The notes: generated by a model not told the origin, from the sequence alone. DNA of 64,000 nt from an uncultured Eubacteriales bacterium (GCA_948467545.1 CAOKER010000013.1:3694-67693); one strand, 5' to 3'. Shown: positions 20,597 to 29,773, counted from the first letter of the stretch. Numbers and translations are program-made.

Positions 20597-21685
20597 ATGT
20601 CTAACAGATTATTTCAGACGATAATACATCAGTTTAAGGATGTCGTCGGAGATAGAACCATAGGCGTTTTAGATGACAACGATGTAATTATTGCCTGCAG
20701 CGAGCTTGGCAGAATCGGAGAAACACGGGTAGGAATCCGTGAGACCGCCGGCGTTGAGAACGGACCGTTTTCGAGCGGAGGATTTACGTACCGTTACATA
20801 GAAGGCGGAATAAACCCGGAATATATTCTTTTTATTGAAGGGGAGGACAGAGGGGCCGATCGGATTCTTGCGATATTGTCCGTCTCATTTGCGCATATCA
20901 AGCATTTGTATGATGAAAAATATGATAAATGTGCATTTATCAAGAATGTCATTCTCGACAATATAATGCCGAGCGACATTTATATTAAATCCAAGGAGAT
21001 GCATTTTTCAACCGATGTTTCGCGGGTTGCAATGCTGATTCGTTTTTTTGGGAAGACAGATACTCTTCCGTATGACATTATTCAAAGTTTATTCCCGGAC
21101 AAGCAGCGTGATTTTGTAATTTCCGTATCGGAGCGTGACGTTGTTCTTGTGAAAGAAGTTGAAAGCAACGCGGAGACCGAAGAAATCGAAGCGGTTGCGC
21201 AGAACATAGCGGACACGTGTCTTTCCGAGTTTTATGTAAAAGTTAATATAGGCATAGGCACGGTGGTTGATCATGTCAAAAATCTTGCAAGCTCATATAA
21301 AGAGTCTCAGGTAGCTCTTGAGGTCGGAAAGGTGTTTGACATTGAGAAGACTATTCTCAGCTACGAGAATCTTGGAATAGGGCGTCTGATTTATCAGCTT
21401 CCCACCACTCTTTGCGAAATGTTTCTTAAGGAAGTTTTCAAGAGGGGCACAATTGAAAATCTCGACAGAGAGACGCTGATGACAATTCATGCGTTTTTCG
21501 AGAACAATCTCAATGTATCCGAGACATCGAGAAAGCTTTTTGTACATAGAAACACGCTTGTCTACCGTCTTGATAAAATCAAGAAGATGACCGGACTTGA
21601 TCTGAGAGAATTTGAGCATGCAATCACGTTTAAGGTCGCTCTTATGGTTCACAAGTATTTGACGCAAAAGCCTGTTAAGTATTGA
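20597..21685 (+). CDS. PucR/CdaR-family transcriptional regulator
   Basis: C-terminal PucR-type HTH NVSETSRKLFVHRNTLVYRLDKIKKMTGLD. GGAGGGAGG RBS before ATG 20597. Confidence 0.75.
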   Translation: MSNRLFQTIIHQFKDVVGDRTIGVLDDNDVIIACSELGRIGETRVGIRETAGVENGPFSSGGFTYRYIEGGINPEYILFIEGEDRGADRILAILSVSFAHIKHLYDEKYDKCAFIKNVILDNIMPSDIYIKSKEMHFSTDVSRVAMLIRFFGKTDTLPYDIIQSLFPDKQRDFVISVSERDVVLVKEVESNAETEEIEAVAQNIADTCLSEFYVKVNIGIGTVVDHVKNLASSYKESQVALEVGKVFDIEKTILSYENLGIGRLIYQLPTTLCEMFLKEVFKRGTIENLDRETLMTIHAFFENNLNVSETSRKLFVHRNTLVYRLDKIKKMTGLDLREFEHAITFKVALMVHKYLTQKPVKY

Positions 21686-21780
21686 GCTTTATGGTTATAG
21701 CTTATTTTTGTGTTTCAGACTGTCGCGGCGGCAATCGTGTTAATGCTGAAATATAGATTTGAAAAGTGTGGTTCAACATA

Positions 21781-22461
21781 ATGATAGAATTTGAAAATGT
21801 AAGTATGACATATCCCAACGGAACTGTAGCACTTGATAATGTCAATCTTCAGATTGGCGACGGCGAATTTGTGTTTGTTGTCGGTGCCTCAGGAGCCGGT
21901 AAGAGTACGCTGATGAAGCTTTTGCTCCGTGAGGAGAAGGTTACAAGCGGCCGTCTTACAGTTGATGAATTCGACCTTACCGATTTGCCTGAGCGGCGGA
22001 TACCGTATTACCGCCGAGAGCTGGGGGTTGTATTTCAGGACTTCCGGCTCTTTGAAAACAAAACCGTATATGAAAATGTGGCCTTTGCGATGAGAGTAAT
22101 CGGGGAGCCGATGCGGGTAATTCGCAGGAGGGTTCCGACGATTCTCGGCATAGTGGGATTGCAGGATAAATACAATCGTTTTCCTAGCGAGCTTTCTGGC
22201 GGAGAAAAACAGCGTGTTGCACTTGCGCGTGCAATGGCTAATAATCCGAGAATGATTATTGCCGACGAGCCGACTGGAAACATTGATCCTCAAATGAGCC
22301 TTGAAATAATGAATTTGCTCGTAAAAATTCATCGTAAAAACAAGACGGTCATAGTTGTAACTCACGAGAAAAGTCTTGTTGACTTTTTCCGTCAGCGGGT
22401 TGTAACTATTAAGGAAGGTCATGTTGTCGATGATAAGATCGGGGGCATGTTCAGTGAATAA
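21781..22461 (+). CDS. ftsE: cell division ATP-binding protein FtsE
   Basis: Walker A GASGAGKST, signature LSGGEKQR, Walker B IIADEPTGNID. ~227 aa, directly upstream of ftsX. Confidence 0.9.
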   Translation: MIEFENVSMTYPNGTVALDNVNLQIGDGEFVFVVGASGAGKSTLMKLLLREEKVTSGRLTVDEFDLTDLPERRIPYYRRELGVVFQDFRLFENKTVYENVAFAMRVIGEPMRVIRRRVPTILGIVGLQDKYNRFPSELSGGEKQRVALARAMANNPRMIIADEPTGNIDPQMSLEIMNLLVKIHRKNKTVIVVTHEKSLVDFFRQRVVTIKEGHVVDDKIGGMFSE

Positions 22462-23806
22462 GAGGAAAAAGGTCAGCATTCTGTATTTTTTGGAGCAGAG
22501 TATAAAGGGGCTGTGGCGGAACGGAGTTATGACGTTTGCGTCTGTTGCGGTGCTGATGTCCTGTCTTGTTGTACTGGGCACGTTTGTGCTGCTTCTCTAT
22601 AATGTAAACTACAATATAAACAATATAGGAATGCTGAATTATATACTTGTTTTTGTAGATACAAATTTGGATCCTGCGGTATCAAACGCAGAGGCGGATA
22701 CGGTTGCGGATACGGTTGTCAATACGGTATCTGATACAGGGGTGCAGGCCGATACGTCCGGCGGCTCGTCGCCCTCTGAAATTGTGACGGGAAGCGCGTC
22801 GGATTCGGCGGGAGGCAATACGTCCGGCGGCACATCGCCGGGGCTTATAACTGTCAGGGGGCTTTGGGACGGACTGAGCGATTCGGAGATAGCGGATATT
22901 GCCGCTGAATATACGTCAGGCGACACGGCTGCTCTGCTGAGCGAAGTTGAAGCTGATATTCCCGAGCTGCGTAATTTCTTTGATCTTTCCAAAGCGCGCG
23001 TAGAGGTAGACCGAATCCGCAGTGTTCTTGCTGCGGTCAAACTTAGGACAGGCAGCCTTGACGGTGATACTATCGGAAGATATTCTACCGCTGAAGAGAG
23101 TTTGGGCGTCGAGTACAGGCGTATTACGGCTCTTGCCGACATTGAGATGCAGATTCAGCAGCTTGAAAATGTAGAGTCGGTTTCATTTACGTCCAAGGCT
23201 AAAGCCCTTTCCGAGATGAATGAGAAGTATTCGGAATACACGGATCTTTTTGCAAGACTTGAAGACGGCGACAACCCTCTTACCGACCAGTTTACGATTA
23301 CATATAAGGAAAACGACGATATTTCGGAGCTTCGGTATAATCTTGAGCATATGACGGGGCTGATATATCGTGTAGACTGTCGGGAAGACATTGCCGATAC
23401 GATTGAAAATGTTCGTTCGGGTGTAGTGTTTGTCTTTGTGTGGTTCCTTGTTATATTGCTTGTAGTTAGTATGTTTGTAATAATAAATACAATCAAGCTT
23501 GCTGTATTTTCGAGGCGGCAGGAGATTGCGGTCATGCGGTATGTCGGAGCTACGAATTCGTTTATCACAATGCCGTTTATCTTTGAGGGAATTCTGATCG
23601 GCCTGTTTTCGAGTATTGCGGCATACGTTGTGGAGTATTACGCTTACATGTATATTCACAACGTTGTCATGAAGAATTTTGGATTTATATCTGTCATAGA
23701 TTTCGGTACGGTAAACGGTCTTGTGCTGTTTGGATTCATCGGCATAGGTATTATCTGCGGTATTTTGGGCAGTGTAATCTCACTGCGTAAATATCTCAAG
23801 GCGTGA
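22421..23806 (+). CDS. ftsX: FtsX permease with enlarged extracellular loop
   Basis: FtsX N-terminal motif (LEQSIKGLWRNGVMTFASV) and four TM helices. ~290 aa lie between TM1 and TM2, including a low-complexity Asp/Thr/Ser/Gly stretch. The start is ambiguous (22421, 22430 or GTG 22454); all overlap the ftsE stop. Confidence 0.8.
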   Translation: MLSMIRSGACSVNKRKKVSILYFLEQSIKGLWRNGVMTFASVAVLMSCLVVLGTFVLLLYNVNYNINNIGMLNYILVFVDTNLDPAVSNAEADTVADTVVNTVSDTGVQADTSGGSSPSEIVTGSASDSAGGNTSGGTSPGLITVRGLWDGLSDSEIADIAAEYTSGDTAALLSEVEADIPELRNFFDLSKARVEVDRIRSVLAAVKLRTGSLDGDTIGRYSTAEESLGVEYRRITALADIEMQIQQLENVESVSFTSKAKALSEMNEKYSEYTDLFARLEDGDNPLTDQFTITYKENDDISELRYNLEHMTGLIYRVDCREDIADTIENVRSGVVFVFVWFLVILLVVSMFVIINTIKLAVFSRRQEIAVMRYVGATNSFITMPFIFEGILIGLFSSIAAYVVEYYAYMYIHNVVMKNFGFISVIDFGTVNGLVLFGFIGIGIICGILGSVISLRKYLKA

Positions 23807-23911
23807 CGAAAAATGTGGCAAAATCTTCATAAGAGCGTTCGTAAGAGCGTCCGCAAAAGCGGACGATGAGAAGCTGTTTTGCATGGTATTGCTTATTTGA
23901 AAGGAACCTTT

Positions 23912-25237
23912 ATGAAAAAACGCCGTATAAAATTGCTTGCCGTTTCACTGCTGATCTTTGGTTTTACTGTTTCAGCGTCTGCGGAGCCTCTTAAGGCGGC
24001 TTCGTCTTCATCGGTTGCGGAAAAAGAGAATGAGCTCAGCGAAATTCAGGGAAAAATAGATTCATACAATGATGCAATCAATGAAGCCAGAGCGGAGATC
24101 AACGGTGCATATGAAAGAAAGGAAAAGCTGGACGAAGAAATTCTGCTTGTAGAGAAAAAAATAGAGGCTACCAACGAGCTGATAAGCGTATATGACGCGG
24201 AAATTCAGAGTAAGAATTCCGAAATGATTGACATGGACACGGCTGTTGACGACAAGTATGAAAGCTTTAAGAGCTGGCTTCGTACTATGCAGGTGTTCGG
24301 AAATTACAGTTATCTTGACATGATTATGTCGTCGGAAACCTTTGTCGAATTTCTTGAAAACGTTGATAGGCTCGGAACTCTTATGGAATATCAGAATTCC
24401 ACGATGGACGAGCTGCGCGACGACATCTCAATGGTCAATATGCAGAAGCAGGCGATTGATACTTTGAGGGGAGAACAGCTTGAAGTAAAAAATCAGATGG
24501 AAGCCGACAACGCGCGTTTGCAGGAGCTTCGGACGGAAGCCGAAAACTATATTTCGGAGCTTAAGAAAAATGAAGAGCAGTATGAGAAATATTTGGAGGA
24601 AGCCCTTGCGGCCGAGGAAGCTCTTGGCAATCAGATTGCGTCGGAGCTTGCAGCTATAGCCGAAGAAGAGGAAAGACAGCGGCAGGCAGAGGAAAGCAGA
24701 AGACTTGCCGAAGAGAGCAGACGTGCTGCCGAAAACAACGCAGGCTCTGCGTCAAACGGAGGCAGCGGAAGCGGAGTGAGTACCGAACCGCCGATTGAAC
24801 CTCCGGCCTCGTCTGGAGACATTCCTTCGTTTACATGGCCGGTTGACGGAAAATATGTGATAAGTACAACCTACGGTTATGTAAGGCGCGGAGAGACGCC
24901 GCACCGTGGAATTGATATTCCGGCTCCGCACGGCACAAATATTTATGCTGTGGAAAGCGGAACAGTCATTACAGCCGGGTATCATGGAAGCTTTGGCAAT
25001 TATTTGATTGTCAACCATGGAAACGGCTATGCCTCTTTGTATGCCCACTGTTCTAAGCTCTATGTATCTGAGGGACAGACCGTTTCGAGGGGTGAATGTA
25101 TTGCCGCTGTCGGTACTACCGGTAATTCCTACGGAAATCATCTTCATTTGGAGATATACATAAACGGCGTTTTGACCGATCCTCTGCCGTTCTTTGCATA
25201 TATGTCGGATCGGTATTCTATACAGATTTACGGATAA
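23912..25237 (+). CDS. coiled-coil M23 peptidase (PcsB/EnvC-like), copy 1
   Basis: Signal peptide, ~270-aa coiled coil, M23 motifs HRGIDIPAP and GNHLHLEIY. GAAAGGA RBS. Confidence 0.85.
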   Translation: MKKRRIKLLAVSLLIFGFTVSASAEPLKAASSSSVAEKENELSEIQGKIDSYNDAINEARAEINGAYERKEKLDEEILLVEKKIEATNELISVYDAEIQSKNSEMIDMDTAVDDKYESFKSWLRTMQVFGNYSYLDMIMSSETFVEFLENVDRLGTLMEYQNSTMDELRDDISMVNMQKQAIDTLRGEQLEVKNQMEADNARLQELRTEAENYISELKKNEEQYEKYLEEALAAEEALGNQIASELAAIAEEEERQRQAEESRRLAEESRRAAENNAGSASNGGSGSGVSTEPPIEPPASSGDIPSFTWPVDGKYVISTTYGYVRRGETPHRGIDIPAPHGTNIYAVESGTVITAGYHGSFGNYLIVNHGNGYASLYAHCSKLYVSEGQTVSRGECIAAVGTTGNSYGNHLHLEIYINGVLTDPLPFFAYMSDRYSIQIYG

Positions 25238-25276
25238 ACCGAGTGCGTTTGATTGTATTTCGGAAAGGAAATGCCA

Positions 25277-26626
25277 ATGAACTCAAAAATAAAAAGTATA
25301 ACGGCTCTCGTAATTGCACTTGCCGCAGTTTTTATGTTTGGTTCCTCCTCCGGCTTTGAACTTGCTGTTTCAGCTGCCTTGACCGATAACGGAGAAAGCC
25401 GGCTGAGCGATCTGCAGCGCCAGATTGACGAATATGATAAGCAGCTGAGCTCGATGAATTCCGAATTGTCAGGATTGCTTGAGAGGAAGAATCAAATAGA
25501 TGAAGAGATAGAGATAATCAGTCAGAAGATGGTTAAGACTAATGAGATGATTGCTCTCTATGATGATGAAATTGCCGATGCAAATATAAAGATTGAGGAA
25601 CTCAATAAAAATATTGATGCAAACTATGAGCAGTTTAAGGACTGGCTTCAGATGACGCAGCTTTTCGGCGACCTGAATCCCTTGGAGATGATATTTTCGG
25701 CAGATTCATTTGTGGAGTTTCTTGAAAATATTGATCGCGTCGGAACGATAATGGAATATCAAAACGATGTTATGGATACGCTTAGGGAGGATGTTGCGGC
25801 GCTTTCCGAGGAAAAGTCGAGACTTGACTCGCTGAAAAATGAGCAGCTTGATGTTATGTCAGCCCTGAAAAGCGACGGGGAAAATCTTGCTTTGCTGCGT
25901 GAAGAATCCGAAAATTATATCTCAAATCTTGAGTCGGATATAAATAAGTATGAGGCGCTGAAAAGCGAAGTTAAGGAGCAGGAAGACGCCCTTAATGAGG
26001 AAATTGAAAGACAACTGAGAGAAATTGCCGAGCAGGAGCGCGAACAGGCGCGTATAGCTGAAAGCAAACGAATTGCCGAAAGCGAGCGCGCGGCCGAGGA
26101 ATCACGCAAAGCCGCGGAATCGGAACAGGCCGCAGCCACAACACCCGTTAAAGATTCGATAACGGAGCCTGAAACCGAAGCGCCCGATGTTCCCGATACG
26201 CCGTCTGACGTCGGCGATTTTCTGTGGCCTGTTGCCGACAAATTTCTTGTAAGTACGACATTTGGTTATGAAAGACCGGGCGAAGCGCCGCACCGCGGCA
26301 TTGATATACCCGCGCCGGCAGGGACGGCGATCCGCGCGGCCGAGAGCGGAACTGTGATAACGGCGGCTAAGCACTCAAGCTATGGCAATTATGTTATAAT
26401 CAGCCACGGCAATGGATATGCAACGCTTTACGCGCACTGTACGGCGCTTTATGTGTCTGTCGGTCAAACGGTAACTAAGGGACAGACAATAGCCGGCGTC
26501 GGTAGTACTGGATATTCATCGGGAAATCATCTGCATTTTGAAGTACGTCTGAACGGAGTTTTGACAGATCCGCTTACATATTATGATTATATGAAAGACA
26601 AAATTGTGATTCAGATATATAATTAA
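25277..26626 (+). CDS. coiled-coil M23 peptidase (PcsB/EnvC-like), copy 2 (tandem paralog)
   Basis: Same architecture and colinear similarity to copy 1 (SFVEFLENxDRxGTxMEYQN, HRGIDIPAP, GNHLHFEV). GGAAAGGA lies 7 nt before ATG 25277. Confidence 0.85.
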   Translation: MNSKIKSITALVIALAAVFMFGSSSGFELAVSAALTDNGESRLSDLQRQIDEYDKQLSSMNSELSGLLERKNQIDEEIEIISQKMVKTNEMIALYDDEIADANIKIEELNKNIDANYEQFKDWLQMTQLFGDLNPLEMIFSADSFVEFLENIDRVGTIMEYQNDVMDTLREDVAALSEEKSRLDSLKNEQLDVMSALKSDGENLALLREESENYISNLESDINKYEALKSEVKEQEDALNEEIERQLREIAEQEREQARIAESKRIAESERAAEESRKAAESEQAAATTPVKDSITEPETEAPDVPDTPSDVGDFLWPVADKFLVSTTFGYERPGEAPHRGIDIPAPAGTAIRAAESGTVITAAKHSSYGNYVIISHGNGYATLYAHCTALYVSVGQTVTKGQTIAGVGSTGYSSGNHLHFEVRLNGVLTDPLTYYDYMKDKIVIQIYN

Positions 26627-26630
26627 AAAA

Positions 26631-26660
26631 ATCCCTCACCTTTATGGGTGAGGGATTTTA
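26631..26660. terminator. bidirectional terminator hairpin
   Basis: ATCCCTCACC / GGTGAGGGAT 10-bp stem, flanked by an A run on one side and a T-rich tract on the other. Confidence 0.7.
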
Positions 26661-26692
26661 TGTTTCGGCGGCATTGTCCGCCGCTGAATTGT

Positions 26693-26834
26693 CTCACAGC
26701 CGAATAACTCACAGCCGAATAGCTCACAGCCGAATAACTCACAGCCGAATAACTCACGGCCGAATTATCTCACAGCCGAATTATCTCGCCGCCGAATTAT
26801 CTCGCCGTCGAATATCTCGCCGTCAAATTATCTC
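26693..26834. repeat. degenerate tandem repeat, about nine units of 15-16 nt (CTCACAGCCGAATAA type)
   Basis: Units drift from CTCACAGCCGAATAA to CTCGCCGTCAAATTAT. The last unit contains the yjbQ-like stop codon. Confidence 0.9.
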
Positions 26835-27448
26835 TGTTGCTGAAGTGTATACTGCGGCAGATAAGCCTTTTCCTCGTCTGTATATTTTCTGAGTGTATTA
26901 ATCGTTTCGCCGTTGTTCCACTTGCGGTCTCCGACGTCCTCGGCGGTTCCCATAACGGTAACATTGAGCTGTCTGTGACGTGCGCGCACGTGGTCCCAGT
27001 CAACGAAGTAAATGTGTGCAAATTCTCCGCCGTCGAGAACTCCGTCCTTTATGGTCATGGTTTCGCTTCTGCCGAAAAATACACTGCGTAGATGGCCGTC
27101 TGTGTTCATAGAGGTATAATCACCCGGCTCATTTACATATCTGCCGAATTGGGCATGAATCGGGCCGGGATGGCGATACTGATGCTCTTCCGCGAAATCG
27201 GGTATCATCTTGCGCATGATGTCAAGCAGATCATGCTGGAGATACTCGATGTCAAATGAATCAATGTCGTGAGAGCATTCCTGAATCATTACAGAACATG
27301 TAGTGTGGTGAGAAGCGATGCAGACTGTGCCGTTCTTTACACCGGAAGCCTGAACAATTTCGATTATTTCTTTTGAAACATCGTGAAATGTAGGAATCCA
27401 GCCTCTTGACTGAAGCTCAAGCTCTTTCTGAAATACTTTAAATTCCAT
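26828..27448 (-). CDS. YjbQ/UPF0047 family protein
   Basis: MEFKVFQKELELQS...SHHTTCSVMIQE...HLRSVFFG reads as the YjbQ fold with insertions. The track ORF runs to 27565; ATG 27448 has a GG-rich RBS. Confidence 0.6.
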   Translation of the reverse strand: MEFKVFQKELELQSRGWIPTFHDVSKEIIEIVQASGVKNGTVCIASHHTTCSVMIQECSHDIDSFDIEYLQHDLLDIMRKMIPDFAEEHQYRHPGPIHAQFGRYVNEPGDYTSMNTDGHLRSVFFGRSETMTIKDGVLDGGEFAHIYFVDWDHVRARHRQLNVTVMGTAEDVGDRKWNNGETINTLRKYTDEEKAYLPQYTLQQQR

Positions 27449-27661
27449 AATAAACCACCCGCCTTTGATGTGCAAAGGCTTCCTTTCTTTTTTGGAATTT
27501 GTGCCTGCTTCTGCTTGCTCTGAAACATATATGTAAAAACAGCAGGAATGCAAATATTTGCACATTATTCCATATTATCATTGTTTTATGCATGCGCATT
27601 TACAATATTATAGTATATCACATTTATGTTATAAAAGCAATGATAAACGTAAAAAAAGTTA

Positions 27662-27714
27662 TTTTTAAAGAAATAAAAGGGAGATTGCAGCACCGCAGTA
27701 TTACGCATCTCCCT
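27662..27714 (-). terminator. minus-strand intrinsic terminator at the left edge of the island
   Basis: AGGGAGAT / ATCTCCCT 8-bp stem. On the minus strand it is followed by TTTTATTTCTTT. Confidence 0.55.
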
Positions 27715-27722
27715 TAATGACC

Positions 27723-27809
27723 GGTTTTTCTGTTGTCCGCCAACGCTCTGGTCTTTACACCCAGCATCACTTCAGGTTTTTCTGTTGCCTGCCAACGCTC
27801 CGATCTTTT
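27723..27809. repeat. direct repeat, two copies of ~34 nt at 52-nt spacing
   Basis: GGTTTTTCTGTTGTCCGCCAACGCTCTGGTCTTT versus GGTTTTTCTGTTGCCTGCCAACGCTCCGATCTTTT. Confidence 0.85.
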
Positions 27810-28107
27810 CATTCGGAATCAATTTCGGATTTTAGGTGCCGGTCCACCGATGGGGATAAAACCATCACTTCAAAGATAAAATAAACTTATCTTAGAATTA
27901 TATTATAAACGATAAACATATCTTTATCAAGAGCACATAAAAAATATTCGGTTATAAAGACCTCAGAACACAGCGCCGATTTAAACTCAAAGCCGAAAGA
28001 TAAATAAACCTGAAAATTAAAAGATAAAATAAAACCGGAATCTAAGCTGAACAATTAAATCGGTACAATTAATTATAATTATAATGATAATATGAGATTG
28101 CCCGAAA

Positions 28108-28338
28108 GTAAAAAAATAAAAATAAAAAGGTTTAACAGTAAAAATAACTGTTAAACCCAAGAGGCTTAAATTAAAGACCGAACGGCCGAGCGGCCGAATC
28201 TTCGGTGAGTCAAATTACATCGTCGGCACTGCCGAAAAAAATAATAAAGTGCCGGCAGTAAATCGGCTTGTCAGGGACCCATTTACTGATGTTTATGCGG
28301 CACATAAACATGCAACTGGAATTCGTTTGACCGGCACT
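28108..28338 (-). ncRNA. candidate small RNA, paralog D (promoter to intrinsic terminator)
   Basis: Minus-strand TTGCAT-16-TGaTATAAT at 28345-28372. Conserved 5' module. Terminator is a 10-bp stem (28129-28138 / 28148-28157) followed by a long U run. Ends are approximate. Confidence 0.45.
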
Positions 28339-28344
28339 GTCTAT

Positions 28345-28372
28345 ATTATATCACAAATTTCTAAAAATGCAA
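28345..28372 (-). promoter_or_regulatory. minus-strand promoter TTGCAT-16-TGaTATAAT (paralog D)
   Basis: Plus-strand ATTATA at 28345-28350 and ATGCAA at 28367-28372. Confidence 0.55.
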
Positions 28373-28454
28373 TAGGTTTAGCAAAAAAAAATAAAATTTT
28401 CTTTTTTCAAAAATATACTTATATTGACATTTAGTAATAAAAAATTCTAAAATA

Positions 28455-28602
28455 AGACAAAAATAACGAAAAAGCCTGTTTGTTTCGGCTTGCGGACAAA
28501 AAAACAATAAAATAAATCGGCGAAAAGCTGAGATAGGAGTAAAGCTTTTTTGAATGTCTATGTGCGCGACCGCATAGATATTCAACCGTAAATCGGCGCC
28601 GA
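28455..28602 (-). ncRNA. candidate small RNA, paralog A
   Basis: Minus-strand TTGAAT-17-TGaTATAAT at 28609-28637. Conserved 5' module. Hairpin AAGCC/GGCTT (28472-28491) plus a U run. Ends are approximate. Confidence 0.4.
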
Positions 28603-28608
28603 TAAGTT

Positions 28609-28637
28609 ATTATATCATAATTTTCGATAAAATTCAA
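28609..28637 (-). promoter_or_regulatory. minus-strand promoter TTGAAT-17-TGaTATAAT (paralog A)
   Basis: Plus-strand ATTATA at 28609-28614 and ATTCAA at 28632-28637. Confidence 0.55.
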
Positions 28638-28808
28638 CTAAAAAACCAAAAATAGCGATAACTAAAATAAAATTGCTTTGTAAATAAAAAAACGGCAGAG
28701 AAAAACAAAACCGCCGTCGGCGGAAATAAAAAAATCTGTCGTCTGTATGGCGAACCCGTGAATTGCAAAACTTACCCGCAATTTTGCCGCCCGTACCCCC
28801 CGCACCCT

Positions 28809-28938
28809 CGCAAACTCGTAAACCTGCAAACCTAAAACCCCACAAACTCACAACCCTGTAAACCTGCAAGCCCACAAACTCGTAAACCTGCAAACTTACA
28901 AACTCGTAAACCCACAAACCCACAAACTCGCAAACCCG
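28809..28938. repeat. degenerate CAAAC-rich tandem repeat (7-8 and ~15-nt periodicity)
   Basis: CAAACTCGTAAACCTG CAAACCTAAAACCCCA CAAACTCACAACCCTGTAAACCTG and so on. Confidence 0.85.
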
Positions 28939-29154
28939 CGAAGCCGAAAAGAAAAATCAGCAAAAACAGAAAAACAAGCAGAAAAGGTTTCTCCGACGCT
29001 CCGCAGGCGGGAAACTTTCCTGTTATGGAAATTCTCTGCGCCTTGTTTTTAGGAGCGAACAGAACCTGATTCTGCTTGTCTTTCCTGAAAAAAAGTTAAA
29101 AATGGAAAAAAATTTTGTTTTCCGATGGACAAAAATGTTTGCGATATAAGTTAT

Positions 29155-29286
29155 CTGGAAAACATGCAAGTCTCTGCGCTGAGACTTTAATGAGGCCGGC
29201 GGGAAGCGTGAGGTACCCACTCACCTTCGCCTGAATGTCTATGTGCAACCACACATAAACACGCAACCGGAATCCCGGCGCCGGTG
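29155..29286 (-). ncRNA. candidate small RNA, paralog B
   Basis: Minus-strand TTGAAA-17-TGtTATAAT at 29293-29321. Conserved module plus GTGAG/CTCAC and GTCTC/GAGAC hairpins. The 3' end is uncertain. Confidence 0.4.
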
Positions 29287-29292
29287 AAATGT

Positions 29293-29321
29293 ATTATAAC
29301 ATAGTTTTCGATACATTTCAA
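29293..29321 (-). promoter_or_regulatory. minus-strand promoter TTGAAA-17-TGtTATAAT (paralog B)
   Basis: Plus-strand ATTATA at 29293-29298 and TTTCAA at 29316-29321. Confidence 0.6.
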
Positions 29322-29437
29322 GGGGGCTGATTCATTTTTTTTATATTTTTTCTCAGAATTTTTATTTCTGCATTAAAAATAAAAAAAACAAGCGGAAAAA
29401 GGACCTGCGGCGCTCGGCGGGCGGGAAATTTTCCTGT

Positions 29438-29500
29438 CATGAAACTCATGGAAGTCATGAAATTCATTAAACTCATGAAACTTATGAAACTCATGAAACT
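29438..29500. repeat. 9-nt tandem repeat, seven units (CATGAAACT type)
   Basis: CATGAAACT CATGGAAGT CATGAAATT CATTAAACT CATGAAACT TATGAAACT CATGAAACT. Absent from the homologous position of unit B. Confidence 0.9.
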
Positions 29501-29601
29501 CAGAAACCTTCTCCGCGCCTTGTTTTTTGGAGCGAATAAACCCTGATTCTGCTTGTTTTTAAGAAAAAATTCGAAAAAGTAAAAAAAATTTATTTTTGTG
29601 G

Positions 29602-29630
29602 TTGACTAAACGAAATATTTGTGATATAAT
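29602..29630 (+). promoter_or_regulatory. consensus sigmaA-type promoter TTGACT-17-TGaTATAAT
   Basis: Hexamers at 29602-29607 and 29625-29630, with an extended -10 TG at 29622-29623. Confidence 0.6.
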
Positions 29631-29639
29631 TTTGTCAGT

Positions 29640-29767
29640 TCAATAATATACGTCTCTCCGGCGAGACTTTAATGAAGCCGGCGGGAAGCGTGAGCTACCA
29701 ACTCACCCTCACCTGAATGTCTATGTGCCACACGCATAAACACACAACCGGAATCCCGGCACCGGCG
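29640..29767 (-). ncRNA. candidate small RNA, paralog C
   Basis: Minus-strand TTGAAA-17-TGtTATAAT at 29774-29802. Close copy of paralog B with scattered substitutions. The 3' end is uncertain. Confidence 0.45.
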
Positions 29768-29773
29768 GAATGT

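Noticed and set aside
26644-26892. 82-codon ORF encoding HSRIT repeats.
   Set aside because: Its ATG lies inside the terminator hairpin. The frame is open only because of the 15-nt repeat, and it overlaps the convergent gene end.
28615-28923. Repeat-derived ORFs: 28615-28923 (-), 33867-34217 (+), 29023-29220 (-), 29717-29932 (+) and 29954-30193 (+).
   Set aside because: They are not conserved between the duplicated units (frames are interrupted in the sister copy). They lack a Shine-Dalgarno, and several start with non-ATG codons inside hairpins.
29126-29150. Plus-strand promoter of unit B, homologous to the consensus promoter of unit C.
   Set aside because: Its spacer is only 13 nt after a 4-nt deletion and its hexamers are weaker (TGGACA / TATAAG). 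It is unlikely to be functional and is kept only as a comparison in the findings.
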